Shown piece after piece: positions 9,195-17,730 of a stretch of 64,000 nt of DNA (within the stretch, counting starts at the first letter, position 1; every line of letters begins with the position of its first letter). Source of the stretch: a virus; the IMG/VR virus record IMGVR_UViG_3300048625_000299, positions 69,679 through 133,678 of that record. The stretch is one strand, 5' to 3'. Made by a program: the position numbers and the translations under genes. The notes under the pieces are model-generated. The model was not told the origin of the DNA and did not search any database. It saw only the letters and a program-made list of their open reading frames with translations.

Positions 9195-9387
9195 GAAACC
9201 AACATTCATATCTCCGAACACGGAGGTAGTGACTGACGATTTGCGTATTGCAATCGTAGACAGTTACACTGGCAATAACGAAGTGGTGGTTCGATTTCAC
9301 ACGCCGCCATGGCCATTTCCAGAGATGGAAATAAAACACATCAGTCAGATAACCAAAATACCTTTTACAGAAGAAGCATTGTTATGA
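9187..9387 (+). CDS. Hypothetical protein
   Basis: ORF track. Start is coupled to the upstream stop. Confidence 0.35.
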   Translation: MAKKPTFISPNTEVVTDDLRIAIVDSYTGNNEVVVRFHTPPWPFPEMEIKHISQITKIPFTEEALL

Positions 9388-9668
9388 CATACGCATCCAT
9401 TGAAAAAACAGTAACTGTCGACGTCAAAGAAGAAGACATTGTTGAAATCAATGAGCATGGTGAGATTTCTCTGGAAGTCTATGTGGATGTAGACTTGTGT
9501 GATTTCGACGATGATGATATTCGCACAGAATACTTCGAACGCTTTGATAGCGACCTCGAAGAGAGCGACTGGAGAAAGTTATACGAACAGCGTCGTGCAT
9601 TGCCTGTTGAGGACTTTTTGAAGATCATTGATAATATGATTATGAATAACACAGGACGCATTCTATGA
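9384..9668 (+). CDS. Hypothetical acidic protein
   Basis: ATGA overlap with the upstream stop. D/E-rich (DVDLCDFDDDDIRTEYFERFDSDLEESD). Confidence 0.45.
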   Translation: MTYASIEKTVTVDVKEEDIVEINEHGEISLEVYVDVDLCDFDDDDIRTEYFERFDSDLEESDWRKLYEQRRALPVEDFLKIIDNMIMNNTGRIL

Positions 9669-10819
9669 GCGATGCAGTAAGTATTCCTCCTTCTCTTAGA
9701 AGGATATTTGGTCCTAATCTTTACCGAGGACGGTCGCGTGGTGCTACAGCTCGAAAGCGCCGACGCAGTCAACGAGTAATTAAGAATTGGGTGTGGGATG
9801 TAAGCGAAATGGACAAACGAAAAATGGAACAAGGCAGTAAAGACGTATTTTTAGGTGCAACAGATGTTGCCGATTTCATTACCAGTGAGTTGCACTTTGC
9901 TCGCAACGAGCAACGACTGGAGACATATCACCGTGAAGTCACTGTGCTTGCGCAGCGTACTGAATGGTTGAAGTTCTTGATCAACGACGGCAGTCGTCTA
10001 GTTCAAATGTCGAGCACAAGTGGATTTTTGATTCAGGATGAGCTGATCTCATTCTTGTCATATGACATTCAATCATCTTCGATTGTCCTCAAACTAACAG
10101 GGGACAAAGAGTGCGTAGCAAGATGGTACGAGTCTATCGTCGAGCTGTTTGAGGAAGTTACAAACACAATTGAGTGGATGTACAGTTCAGATGGCAATAG
10201 CATTGAAGTGCCAATCCGCAGCGACCGTAAACCTATCGATGAGATGTATCCGTTCTTGGGTGAACGTACGCTGGAAAGTTACTACACATCCTTCTTGGAA
10301 TCTAGTGCTTCGATTCTGTTGTTGATTGGCCCTCCAGGTACAGGCAAGACTACGTTCATCCGCGGTCTCTTGCAACACGCAGACACAAGCGCCATGGTAA
10401 CATATGATGCTGGTATCCTGGCCAAGGATTACATCTTCGCTCAATTCATCGAAGGTGATAAGAACATCATGGTGATTGAGGATGCTGATAACTTCTTGGG
10501 TGCGCGCTCAGATGGTAACGACATGATGCATAAGTTCCTGAACGTCGGTGATGGTCTGGTGACCACTAAAGGCAAGAAGCTGATCTTCTCGACTAACCTG
10601 CCTTCAATCAAGGACGTCGATCCTGCGCTGATCCGCCCAGGTCGTTGTTTTGATATTGTTCACTTCGGGCAGATGGATGGCGAGCAGGCTGCGAAGCTGG
10701 CTGAAAAGTTGGGCCTCGAGTATGAAATTAAACTAGATGGTAAGTACAGCGTGGCTGACATCTTCCACAAGCAAGTGGAAGCACCGAAGGCACCCAAACG
10801 TCGCCTGGGCTTTGTATGA
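9665..10819 (+). CDS. AAA+ ATPase of the classic AAA clade (Walker A/B plus second region of homology) with an unknown ~200-aa N-domain
   Basis: LLLIGPPGTGKTT (Walker A), IMVIEDADNF (Walker B), and STNLPSIKDVDPALIRPGRCFDIVHF, which matches the SRH 'TN.p..lDpAllRpGRfD'. Confidence 0.75.
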   Translation: MSDAVSIPPSLRRIFGPNLYRGRSRGATARKRRRSQRVIKNWVWDVSEMDKRKMEQGSKDVFLGATDVADFITSELHFARNEQRLETYHREVTVLAQRTEWLKFLINDGSRLVQMSSTSGFLIQDELISFLSYDIQSSSIVLKLTGDKECVARWYESIVELFEEVTNTIEWMYSSDGNSIEVPIRSDRKPIDEMYPFLGERTLESYYTSFLESSASILLLIGPPGTGKTTFIRGLLQHADTSAMVTYDAGILAKDYIFAQFIEGDKNIMVIEDADNFLGARSDGNDMMHKFLNVGDGLVTTKGKKLIFSTNLPSIKDVDPALIRPGRCFDIVHFGQMDGEQAAKLAEKLGLEYEIKLDGKYSVADIFHKQVEAPKAPKRRLGFV

Positions 10820-10983
10820 TGAGCAACACTGGCTGGACCATTGTTCTGGAGGAAGACGAGAGTGGTGAGTTGATCCTCCCACTTCCTCCAGATCTACTCG
10901 AACAAGCCGGCTGGGTCGAGGGTGACACAATTATATGGAGTGTGCAAGAGGATGGGAGCATCCTCTTGTCGAAGAAGCGATGA
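10816..10983 (+). CDS. Small AbrB/MazE-like (swapped-hairpin) protein, 55 aa
   Basis: Not in the track. ATGA-coupled to the AAA gene. GELILPLPPDLLEQAGWVEGDTIIWSVQEDGSILLSKK resembles the SpoVT/AbrB/MazE pattern (v.iP..l....g...Gd.v.....dg.ill). Confidence 0.45.
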   Translation: MMSNTGWTIVLEEDESGELILPLPPDLLEQAGWVEGDTIIWSVQEDGSILLSKKR

Positions 10984-11189
10984 CAGAAGAATTTTTGAAA
11001 GAAGTGTTCGACACTATTAAGCAAGCCCGGTGCAACAGGGCAGTATACACGACCCACGATCAAGGAATCATGCTCAGTGTGAAAGAAGAGCTGCTCAAGG
11101 AGCTAAAACAAAAATGGCCGCAAGAAGCGGCCATGTTAAGTACGACTGTGGTGAGTCGAGATTTTAGTGGTCGCCTAACCAGTCTTTGA
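10980..11189 (+). CDS. Hypothetical protein (69 aa) coupled to the AbrB-like gene
   Basis: ATGA overlap at 10980. Frame is from the track ORF 10935-11189. Confidence 0.4.
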   Translation: MTEEFLKEVFDTIKQARCNRAVYTTHDQGIMLSVKEELLKELKQKWPQEAAMLSTTVVSRDFSGRLTSL

Positions 11190-11493
11190 AAGAGCGGACT
11201 GGAGTAGTAATGGAGACTTCTTCGTTGGTCTTCTTCTTGCTCTTATCGTTGCTATGGATCCAAGAAGTGAAAGCTTTTGTGCGGCCCCACTTATTACCTT
11301 GAGGTAGTTTGGTTTTTGTACGAGTTTCCTGGCCAGTATTCTTATTGATAGACCAGTGCAATCCTTTTGCATTCTTGTGGCCCTCTTGCGACATCGCTAT
11401 CTGAAGTTTCTCAGCATGGGTATGCTTATGGCCTTCGAAGTTCGACTTGCCGGCCATTGTTCTTGAGATCTTTTTACGTGTTGCTAAATCCAT
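11164..11493 (-). CDS. Hypothetical basic protein on the minus strand
   Basis: A 109-aa ORF antisense to its neighbours in a divergent intergenic context. K/H-rich. No confident motif. Confidence 0.4.
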   Translation of the reverse strand: MDLATRKKISRTMAGKSNFEGHKHTHAEKLQIAMSQEGHKNAKGLHWSINKNTGQETRTKTKLPQGNKWGRTKAFTSWIHSNDKSKKKTNEEVSITTPVRSFKDWLGDH

Positions 11494-11512
11494 GGTATTC
11501 GTCCAAAAGTTG

Positions 11513-11540
11513 TTGTCAGTTGTCCTATATTTAGTATAAT
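11513..11540 (+). promoter_or_regulatory. sigma70-type promoter (TTGTCA-N16-TATAAT) placing the TSS at or near the ATG of the 11548 gene (leaderless-like)
   Basis: Hexamers read directly from the sequence. No SD lies between -10 and ATG. Confidence 0.45.
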
Positions 11541-11547
11541 TCGAATC

Positions 11548-12294
11548 ATGGATATCACATCATCATTACTTCAAGCAGCTTTTGCTACGCTCGCTTCTAC
11601 AACTGTCACATTGACGGATACTGATTCCTATCAGTTTAATCCCAGCATGTCGCAAGTTGAGGGGTGTAAGCGCGCAGAAGAAAAGACCAAAGTTAAGCTG
11701 ATCCAAAAGGTATATGGTCAAGATTTTGGATCAGATTCTTCAATGACTTGTCGGGAAACTGACAGACACCAGTGCTCGTCTTTAACTAATACGTACGAGA
11801 ATTCGCGTGGTTACATTCAGGCGATCAAATCACGCACGGAAAAGGTTGAAGGTTGGACGTGTACAGTCAGCATCACTGCGGATGTCAACGTAATCAAGAA
11901 GACTAAGTCGAATATTGATGCATCAGCACAACTCGATCGCGTAGTGTATTTGCCAACGGATGCAGCAGACATCACTGTGAAGACCAACACCAAAGGTTTG
12001 GTTAGTGTATTCCAGTACGATCCAGTTGAAGATGTAGTAACCAAAGTGTTCCCAGCAGGTCGTAGTGGTCGCACGTGGACATACTTCGACCAGCCACTCA
12101 ATGTCCGTGTATCCCTGCAAGGTCTGCAAGAGCGAGACATGCCATATTACTTCTTCATCACAGTCACCGATGTCCCAATCGATATGCTAGACCAATATCG
12201 TTTGCACAATTTCTACCAGATGTGGGATAATCAGCCAAACAAAGACAAATCCCTTGTTCGTAAATCATTTAACATTGCTAGGAGCAAATTGTGA
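11548..12294 (+). CDS. Hypothetical protein
   Basis: ORF track, 248 aa. No recognisable motif. Confidence 0.55.
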   Translation: MDITSSLLQAAFATLASTTVTLTDTDSYQFNPSMSQVEGCKRAEEKTKVKLIQKVYGQDFGSDSSMTCRETDRHQCSSLTNTYENSRGYIQAIKSRTEKVEGWTCTVSITADVNVIKKTKSNIDASAQLDRVVYLPTDAADITVKTNTKGLVSVFQYDPVEDVVTKVFPAGRSGRTWTYFDQPLNVRVSLQGLQERDMPYYFFITVTDVPIDMLDQYRLHNFYQMWDNQPNKDKSLVRKSFNIARSKL

Positions 12295-12995
12295 AGAAAA
12301 TTTTATCATGCCTCGCCCTGATTGCATTAGTCGGTTGTTCATCGACCGGCGTTAAGATCGCAGAAGGCAACAAAACAATCGAAACTACCAAACCACCGAC
12401 GGTCGATATGCCAGCATGGTATCTCGAGGTGCCTCGTGAGGATGGTGCGATCTATGCAACAGCGACTGAGACATCCACAGACTTGCAGTTCAGTATCGAC
12501 CGCGCATTGATGTCTGCTAAGCGTGAGATCGCATTTAAGCTCGAGAACGAAGTTTCTCAAAAGTTCCGCGACTACACTGCTGAGACTGGCAGTGGCGAAT
12601 CTGAAACGATTACCAAGGACACTGAGCGCTTGACAATTTCCAATTCGAAGTTCGTCAACCTCGTTGGAGTTGAACGTATGCGCACTCATGTTGTCCGTGA
12701 AGGCAACCGATATCGTGCATTCGTGATGGTTCGATATGGATTGGATGCATCGAACCGCATTCATGCAAACTATATGGCCAAGCATCGCCAGCGTGATGCG
12801 CGTGAGCGTCTGGACAAGTTCGAAGAAGAGCTGAAGAGCGATAGGGGCAATCCTCAGTCTAAAGCTGAGCCTGCCAAGGCCGATACCAGCACAACATTGA
12901 TCGGTACACAAGTGCAGGATGCTGCAGTACGGGATAGGGTGCAACGCGTCTATAATGATCCTAATGCTGTCGTGATTCGTGATACGGTGCGCTAA
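12291..12995 (+). CDS. Lipoprotein (signal peptide plus lipobox LVGC)
   Basis: MKKILSCLALIALVGCSS. ATGA-coupled to the upstream gene. Confidence 0.6.
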   Translation: MKKILSCLALIALVGCSSTGVKIAEGNKTIETTKPPTVDMPAWYLEVPREDGAIYATATETSTDLQFSIDRALMSAKREIAFKLENEVSQKFRDYTAETGSGESETITKDTERLTISNSKFVNLVGVERMRTHVVREGNRYRAFVMVRYGLDASNRIHANYMAKHRQRDARERLDKFEEELKSDRGNPQSKAEPAKADTSTTLIGTQVQDAAVRDRVQRVYNDPNAVVIRDTVR

Positions 12996-13272
12996 TGGTT
13001 AAAGAGTTCTACTTCTATTTGGACGCGTGGTGGTACTGTAAAGAACACAAGATCAAACCAAGCACAATTCAACGATATGATTGGCGTCGATGGATTGTGG
13101 TGATACCAACCAAACGAAAGAAACCAAATGCAAAACGGGTTTGAGGAATGGGCACATACCTGTATTACTGAGTTGGTAATCAATACAAACTTGACTACCA
13201 ATCAGATTCGTGAATTGTTTTTGAATGCTTTTCCTGAGTATGAATATGTGATGGAAGAGGTCCTTATGGAGA

Positions 13273-13728
13273 ATGGCTATGCTTTGGGAAATTAAAACTG
13301 CTGAGAAAAAGAACGCATATCAACGTACATACTATGATGTACCAGCTGGCCAGCCAGGCGCCGGTAAGCGATTCATCATGGATGAATGGTATCGTTGGGG
13401 TTGGTGTACTGTACGGACGGATGTGGAGCCAAGAGCAGATGGCGACGACCCACATGAGAACCCACTTGACCTAGGCGATTTCGATCTCGAAGACAACAAT
13501 ATGGATGATGGTTGTTCTCTGTCATTTGAGTATCCTGAATCTGAGAATTGGACCGACGAAGAGATTGCATACATCGAAGGCCTGTGGGAACAAGATGGTT
13601 GGCTTGCGTTCGAAGAGAATGGCATTGAGGCTGGCGACTGTGATATTTTATATTACGGCCCTCTCGAAGTTACATGCATCGATGCAACCCCAGAACAACC
13701 AAAGGCCAAAGGCACTTGGCCATTCTAA
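13273..13728 (+). CDS. Highly acidic hypothetical protein (candidate DNA mimic)
   Basis: 151 aa with long D/E runs (ADGDDPHENPLDLGDFDLEDNNMDDG..., ESENWTDEEIAYIEGLWEQDGW). Confidence 0.5.
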   Translation: MAMLWEIKTAEKKNAYQRTYYDVPAGQPGAGKRFIMDEWYRWGWCTVRTDVEPRADGDDPHENPLDLGDFDLEDNNMDDGCSLSFEYPESENWTDEEIAYIEGLWEQDGWLAFEENGIEAGDCDILYYGPLEVTCIDATPEQPKAKGTWPF

Positions 13729-13744
13729 GTTTTTATTGTATAAT
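13716..13744 (+). promoter_or_regulatory. sigma70-type promoter TTGGCC-N17-TATAAT upstream of the 13769 gene
   Basis: Hexamers read directly. Overlaps the end of the upstream CDS. Confidence 0.45.
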
Positions 13745-13768
13745 CGTCGGATTGAATAAAGGAATGCA

Positions 13769-14305
13769 ATGATCGACGCAGTTTATGTTCTTGGTAAGAT
13801 GGGCTTGAAGCCTGGTATGTCTGTTTCACGCGCAATCACGGCTGTCGGGATTGCAATTAATGACAGTTCCGACCAGTTGAAAGCAGCAAACCGAATCATT
13901 GTATCACTTGGTGCGAAGCCAGTCAGCAATACAATCATGGCCGACATCTTTGCCAAGGCATTAGTGGAACAGGCCGTTGTCCAAGGTGCTAGCTATGATG
14001 CTGACGATGCATTTGAGGTTGCGAATGCAAAGTATCTCAAAATCGAACGGACAATGCCATTCGTGTTCGCAGGTAGCGGTGAAAGCACCACGCCAGTATA
14101 TGGCACGCCTGTTGGAAATGGTGGCACTAAGAAGCCAAAACAAACAAACGACAAGAAGACACAAGCTCTTGAAATTTTCAATCGCGAGACCAGTAAGGGG
14201 TTGCCTAATTCCACAATTGCGCAGACAATTGCTACTGAGTTAGAAATCACACTGTCCAACGCCCAATACTACGTCAATCGTGTATTCGTAAAGTACTCCA
14301 AATGA
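13769..14305 (+). CDS. Hypothetical protein whose C-terminal ~45 aa is paralogous to the 8783-8947 product
   Basis: ORF track. Shared C-terminal motif ITLxNAQYYVxRVF. Confidence 0.55.
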   Translation: MIDAVYVLGKMGLKPGMSVSRAITAVGIAINDSSDQLKAANRIIVSLGAKPVSNTIMADIFAKALVEQAVVQGASYDADDAFEVANAKYLKIERTMPFVFAGSGESTTPVYGTPVGNGGTKKPKQTNDKKTQALEIFNRETSKGLPNSTIAQTIATELEITLSNAQYYVNRVFVKYSK

Positions 14306-15642
14306 AAATTCTCAGCATCCTCGACACGTTGGCCAATGATAATGGCCGCAACTTCAAGATTGATTACTTGACAAAGCACAAGGACAATCTCCTGCTCACA
14401 CAAGTAGTGTTCTTGGCACTTGACACATACACACAATTCTTCATTCGCAAGATTCCTGCATATACACGTGGCCCTGACACTGCAAATCTGAAGTGGGCTC
14501 TTGATAAACTATGCGATCTTTCTTCTCGTACTGTGACAGGCAATGCTGCAATCGCTCATCTTGTGAAGATCTTGGAATCTCTTGAACCAGATGATGCTCA
14601 GGTAGTTGAGCGCATCATTGAAAAAGACTTGAAGTGTGGTGTGGCAGCTTCGACCGTCAATAAGGTATGGCCTAATTTGGTCCACGAATACCCATGCATG
14701 CTTGCTAGTCCGTATGAGGAAAAGCTGGTCAACAAGATTCAATTTCCAGCATACGCGCAATTGAAAATGGACGGGATGCGATTCAATGCCATCGTCAAAA
14801 ATGGCAAATGTGAGTTCCGCAGTCGTAATGGTAAATTGATCGACATCCCGTCCGACCTATTCCAACAACCATTCCTCAACATGCATGAGTACTGGGGCAC
14901 CGATATGGTGTTCGATGGTGAGTTGCTTGTTGTCGATGTCGCTGGCAAGCCGCTCGATCGCAAGACTGGCAACGGCATCTTGAACAAAGCTGTTAAGGGC
15001 ACAATGTCTGAGGAAGAAGCTGTTAATGTTCGTGCAACATTGTGGGACGCACTTCCGGTTGAGAATTTTGCGGTTGGCGTATACAAAGAACAGTACATCG
15101 ATCGTATTGCTAAGCTATCTAATGCGTTGTCACATATGCGTAATCAAACGCCTTTTGGTCACTTGGTTGCTCTAGTGAACCACACAGAAGTTCGTACTCC
15201 CGAAGATGCTTCACGTCTATTCCTCCAGTACCTCAAAAAGGGCGAGGAAGGAATCATCTTGAAAGATCGTTTTGGTATTTGGGAAGATAAGCGTGCCAAG
15301 CACCAGATCAAATACAAGGGCGTGTTTGAGTGCGATTTGGTCTGTGTTGGATGGGATGAGGGTACCGGTCAGAACGTAGGTCGCCTTGGTGCATTGCAGC
15401 TGGCTTCGTCATGTGGCAAGCTGACTGTCGGTGTTGGTACTGGTCTTACCGAAGAAGACCGAATCAATATCGGACGTGATGTAATCGGTAAAGTTGTTGC
15501 TGTTGAATTCAACGCAATCATCGACGATAAGAAAAAGGACACTAAGTCGCTATTTCTTCCGGTGTTTATATGTGTGCGACCGGATAAGGACGAAGCAGAC
15601 TCACTCACGACTATCGAGAGTAGTGTAGTAAAACTCCTTTGA
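14302..15642 (+). CDS. ATP-dependent DNA ligase
   Basis: Motif I KMDGMR (KxDG), motif III MVFDGELLV, motif IV EGIILKD, motif V KYKGVFECD. 446 aa. Confidence 0.85.
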   Translation: MKILSILDTLANDNGRNFKIDYLTKHKDNLLLTQVVFLALDTYTQFFIRKIPAYTRGPDTANLKWALDKLCDLSSRTVTGNAAIAHLVKILESLEPDDAQVVERIIEKDLKCGVAASTVNKVWPNLVHEYPCMLASPYEEKLVNKIQFPAYAQLKMDGMRFNAIVKNGKCEFRSRNGKLIDIPSDLFQQPFLNMHEYWGTDMVFDGELLVVDVAGKPLDRKTGNGILNKAVKGTMSEEEAVNVRATLWDALPVENFAVGVYKEQYIDRIAKLSNALSHMRNQTPFGHLVALVNHTEVRTPEDASRLFLQYLKKGEEGIILKDRFGIWEDKRAKHQIKYKGVFECDLVCVGWDEGTGQNVGRLGALQLASSCGKLTVGVGTGLTEEDRINIGRDVIGKVVAVEFNAIIDDKKKDTKSLFLPVFICVRPDKDEADSLTTIESSVVKLL

Positions 15643-16266
15643 TCTAGTCTTGAGCCAGTAGTTCATGGTACCATGCACCACACCATAGTCAATCGCAGCC
15701 GATTTTACTGAGGGATATTTGCCGCGCGGGGTCATTATAGGGCGACGCTTCTTTAAGCCTTCTGATCTAATGTCGTGTCTTGTGAAGGCCTTGGACGATT
15801 TCCGCTTAGCCCATGGTTTTGAAGGGTCCTTCATCCAATTGTGGATTGTTGTTATGTCGACGCCATAATGTTTGGCTGCAGCTTTGCGAGATTCGAACAC
15901 GATACCATCTGGCGAGATGAGTTGTTTTACTGGACCTCTACTACCTAACGCATACCGATTGCCAATTGCTGTTGGTGGCTTAGTTCCACCTTTGTTGATA
16001 TTCCAACCGATGCATGGATGCGGCCTTAGCTGCTCCTCAAACGCATAGCATTCGTGTTCTGGTCCTTCTTTGATATACTCTATAATGAGGTCTTCGTCGA
16101 TATTATATGCTCGTTGAAAGTGAAGGTTGTCATGCTTGCCATTGCGTAGCTTAGTTTTGTGGTTTGCAATCCGTCTGGTTGGATTGTTCGTTACGCCAAT
16201 ATACCCCTCCGTCATAAAATCTGACATATTGGTGTGGCGTATCCAGTATACGTAGTGGTTTGTCAT
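15601..16266 (-). CDS. GIY-YIG homing endonuclease with C-terminal NUMOD/HTH-like repeats (free-standing, antisense to flanking genes)
   Basis: YVYWIRHTNMSDFMTEGYIGVT (GIY-YIG). Two HYGVDITTIHNWMK / IDYGVVHGTMNYWLK repeats. Overlaps the ligase 3' end convergently by 42 nt. Confidence 0.8.
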   Translation of the reverse strand: MTNHYVYWIRHTNMSDFMTEGYIGVTNNPTRRIANHKTKLRNGKHDNLHFQRAYNIDEDLIIEYIKEGPEHECYAFEEQLRPHPCIGWNINKGGTKPPTAIGNRYALGSRGPVKQLISPDGIVFESRKAAAKHYGVDITTIHNWMKDPSKPWAKRKSSKAFTRHDIRSEGLKKRRPIMTPRGKYPSVKSAAIDYGVVHGTMNYWLKTRSKEFYYTTLDSRE

Positions 16267-16284
16267 TGCAGTTCTCCTTGTGAA

Positions 16285-16292
16285 TATTTATA
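16285..16292 (-). promoter_or_regulatory. T4-type late promoter element TATAAATA (minus strand) upstream of the homing endonuclease
   Basis: Minus strand reads ttttATAAATAttcacAAGGAGAactgcaATG, i.e. TATAAATA, then an SD, then ATG. Confidence 0.5.
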
Positions 16293-16365
16293 AAACATAG
16301 AAGTGCGAGAAGACAAGACCACTGCTGATGCGCTAGAAGACATCCAAACATTCAGTCCAAAGATG

Positions 16366-16393
16366 TTGTAATATTTCGTTTTTGTGGTATAAT
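16366..16393 (+). promoter_or_regulatory. sigma70-type promoter TTGTAA-N16-TGgTATAAT (extended -10) restarting + strand transcription after the homing endonuclease insertion
   Basis: Hexamers and the TGn extension read directly. ATG of the next gene is at 16417. Confidence 0.5.
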
Positions 16394-16416
16394 AATCACA
16401 TCGAAAGGAAAACGCA

Positions 16417-16917
16417 ATGTCTCATACACTGTTTAAAGTCTCTGGTCCAAACACGAAGCTCGTATACTACGGCTATGCAAAAACCGGAAACGAACAAGCA
16501 ACGTTCATGGGTGGTTGTTTGCGTACAGACAATGAAAAGCGTGGCGATGCTCGTTTGCTCGAAGCGAATGATAATGATGCTGCGTCTTTGGAATTCACCA
16601 TGCTCTGTGAGTATGAGGAAGAATTCGAAGCGTGGACTGCTCGCAACGACAATCGTGCTGCTGATGCATGTTCGATCACTGGTCCAACAATGTTTCCAAT
16701 CGAAAGCGCTCGCCGTGCCGCCAAAGAGTTCCCAGAAGTACTCAGCGCTTGGAAGCTTCGCATGAAACAAAAGGAAGCGAAGACTGCGTTGGAAGCATAC
16801 CAGCTTGGCGCATATACGTTCCCTCAAATCAAAGAGTTGAACGCAAAGCATGCTGGTGTGATGAAGCAAATGGAAGTACTGACTCCATTGGAATTTGCGA
16901 ATCTCTATGGGATTTAA
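16417..16917 (+). CDS. Hypothetical protein
   Basis: ORF track, 166 aa. Confidence 0.55.
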   Translation: MSHTLFKVSGPNTKLVYYGYAKTGNEQATFMGGCLRTDNEKRGDARLLEANDNDAASLEFTMLCEYEEEFEAWTARNDNRAADACSITGPTMFPIESARRAAKEFPEVLSAWKLRMKQKEAKTALEAYQLGAYTFPQIKELNAKHAGVMKQMEVLTPLEFANLYGI

Positions 16918-17041
16918 GGAATGGTTGGAGTCGCTACAGCCACGCAGAGAACATACGTCAGGCGAAGATCTGGCGGACTCTATCGCGTTGTTTGTGATAT
17001 GTGGTCTGCTGTATTTGTGTATATTTCTATAAGGAATCTGT

Positions 17042-17329
17042 ATGTCAGGATGGCGTAAGAATCAAATCGCTGATCAAGTCAATAAGGACAATGTTGTTGA
17101 CCTCGGCGCGGTGCTGAGAGCGAAGCTTGAGAAGGCTATTGAGGATGAGGAACGCAAGAAGAAGATCCTTCGTCCAAAATACATGACCAAACAACAGATC
17201 ATGGATATGCACCCCCTTGATGTGTATATGAATATACGCAGTGGTGAGTGGGCAATTGAAGATTTTGTTGCTTGGGTTGTTGTTTGTGAAAATGCCGCAT
17301 ACATCGCCGGCGCAGAGGATACATTATGA
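17042..17329 (+). CDS. Hypothetical protein
   Basis: ORF track. Confidence 0.45.
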   Translation: MSGWRKNQIADQVNKDNVVDLGAVLRAKLEKAIEDEERKKKILRPKYMTKQQIMDMHPLDVYMNIRSGEWAIEDFVAWVVVCENAAYIAGAEDTL

Positions 17330-17454
17330 AAACATTCATCATCGGTACAGTGTTTGGGATTGTTCTAACTACTGTTGGATTTTCTGGTCTCGCTCGAATC
17401 TTCGACAATGGTGTCGTTAAAGTCCAACAAGTAACTAAAGAAGCTGCACAATGA
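17326..17454 (+). CDS. Small membrane protein (42 aa)
   Basis: ATGA-coupled. MKTFIIGTVFGIVLTTVGFSGLARIF. Below the track cut-off. Confidence 0.35.
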   Translation: MKTFIIGTVFGIVLTTVGFSGLARIFDNGVVKVQQVTKEAAQ

Positions 17455-17651
17455 AATCTGGAATTGACCTTGAACTGAGCCTGGAACAGACGGGCGTAGT
17501 TGTTGTGGAAGAGTTGAAAGTGACTGTTGAAATCAACAGCACATATGAAGACCAACGATCGAAGGATATCGTCAAAGCAGCTGAGCTGTTGCTCAGCTAT
17601 TATATGGCGCCAGACGAACACCGAAAGTACTTGGAACAAAAATCCAGTTGA
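17451..17651 (+). CDS. Hypothetical protein
   Basis: ORF track. ATGA-coupled. Confidence 0.4.
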   Translation: MKSGIDLELSLEQTGVVVVEELKVTVEINSTYEDQRSKDIVKAAELLLSYYMAPDEHRKYLEQKSS

Positions 17652-17676
17652 CTTCGTAGCACGGACCCTATATAAT
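17648..17676 (+). promoter_or_regulatory. Consensus sigma70 promoter TTGACT-N17-TATAAT upstream of natV
   Basis: Exact hexamers read directly. Confidence 0.55.
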
Positions 17677-17683
17677 TAACCCA

Positions 17684-17706
17684 CTGCTAAAGATAGACTT
17701 TAGCAG
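17684..17706 (+). promoter_or_regulatory. 5'-UTR stem-loop (9-bp stem ctgctaaag/ctttagcag, loop ATAGA) at the predicted transcript 5' end
   Basis: Perfect inverted repeat seen directly. Lies 8 nt after the -10 hexamer. Confidence 0.5.
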
Positions 17707-17730
17707 GCCAACTATTCAAAGGAGCTTTGA

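Noticed and set aside
9665-10819. AAA ATPase as sliding-clamp loader (gp44-like)
   Set aside because: The presence of a classic-AAA second region of homology (DPALIRPGRCFD) argues against the clamp-loader clade.
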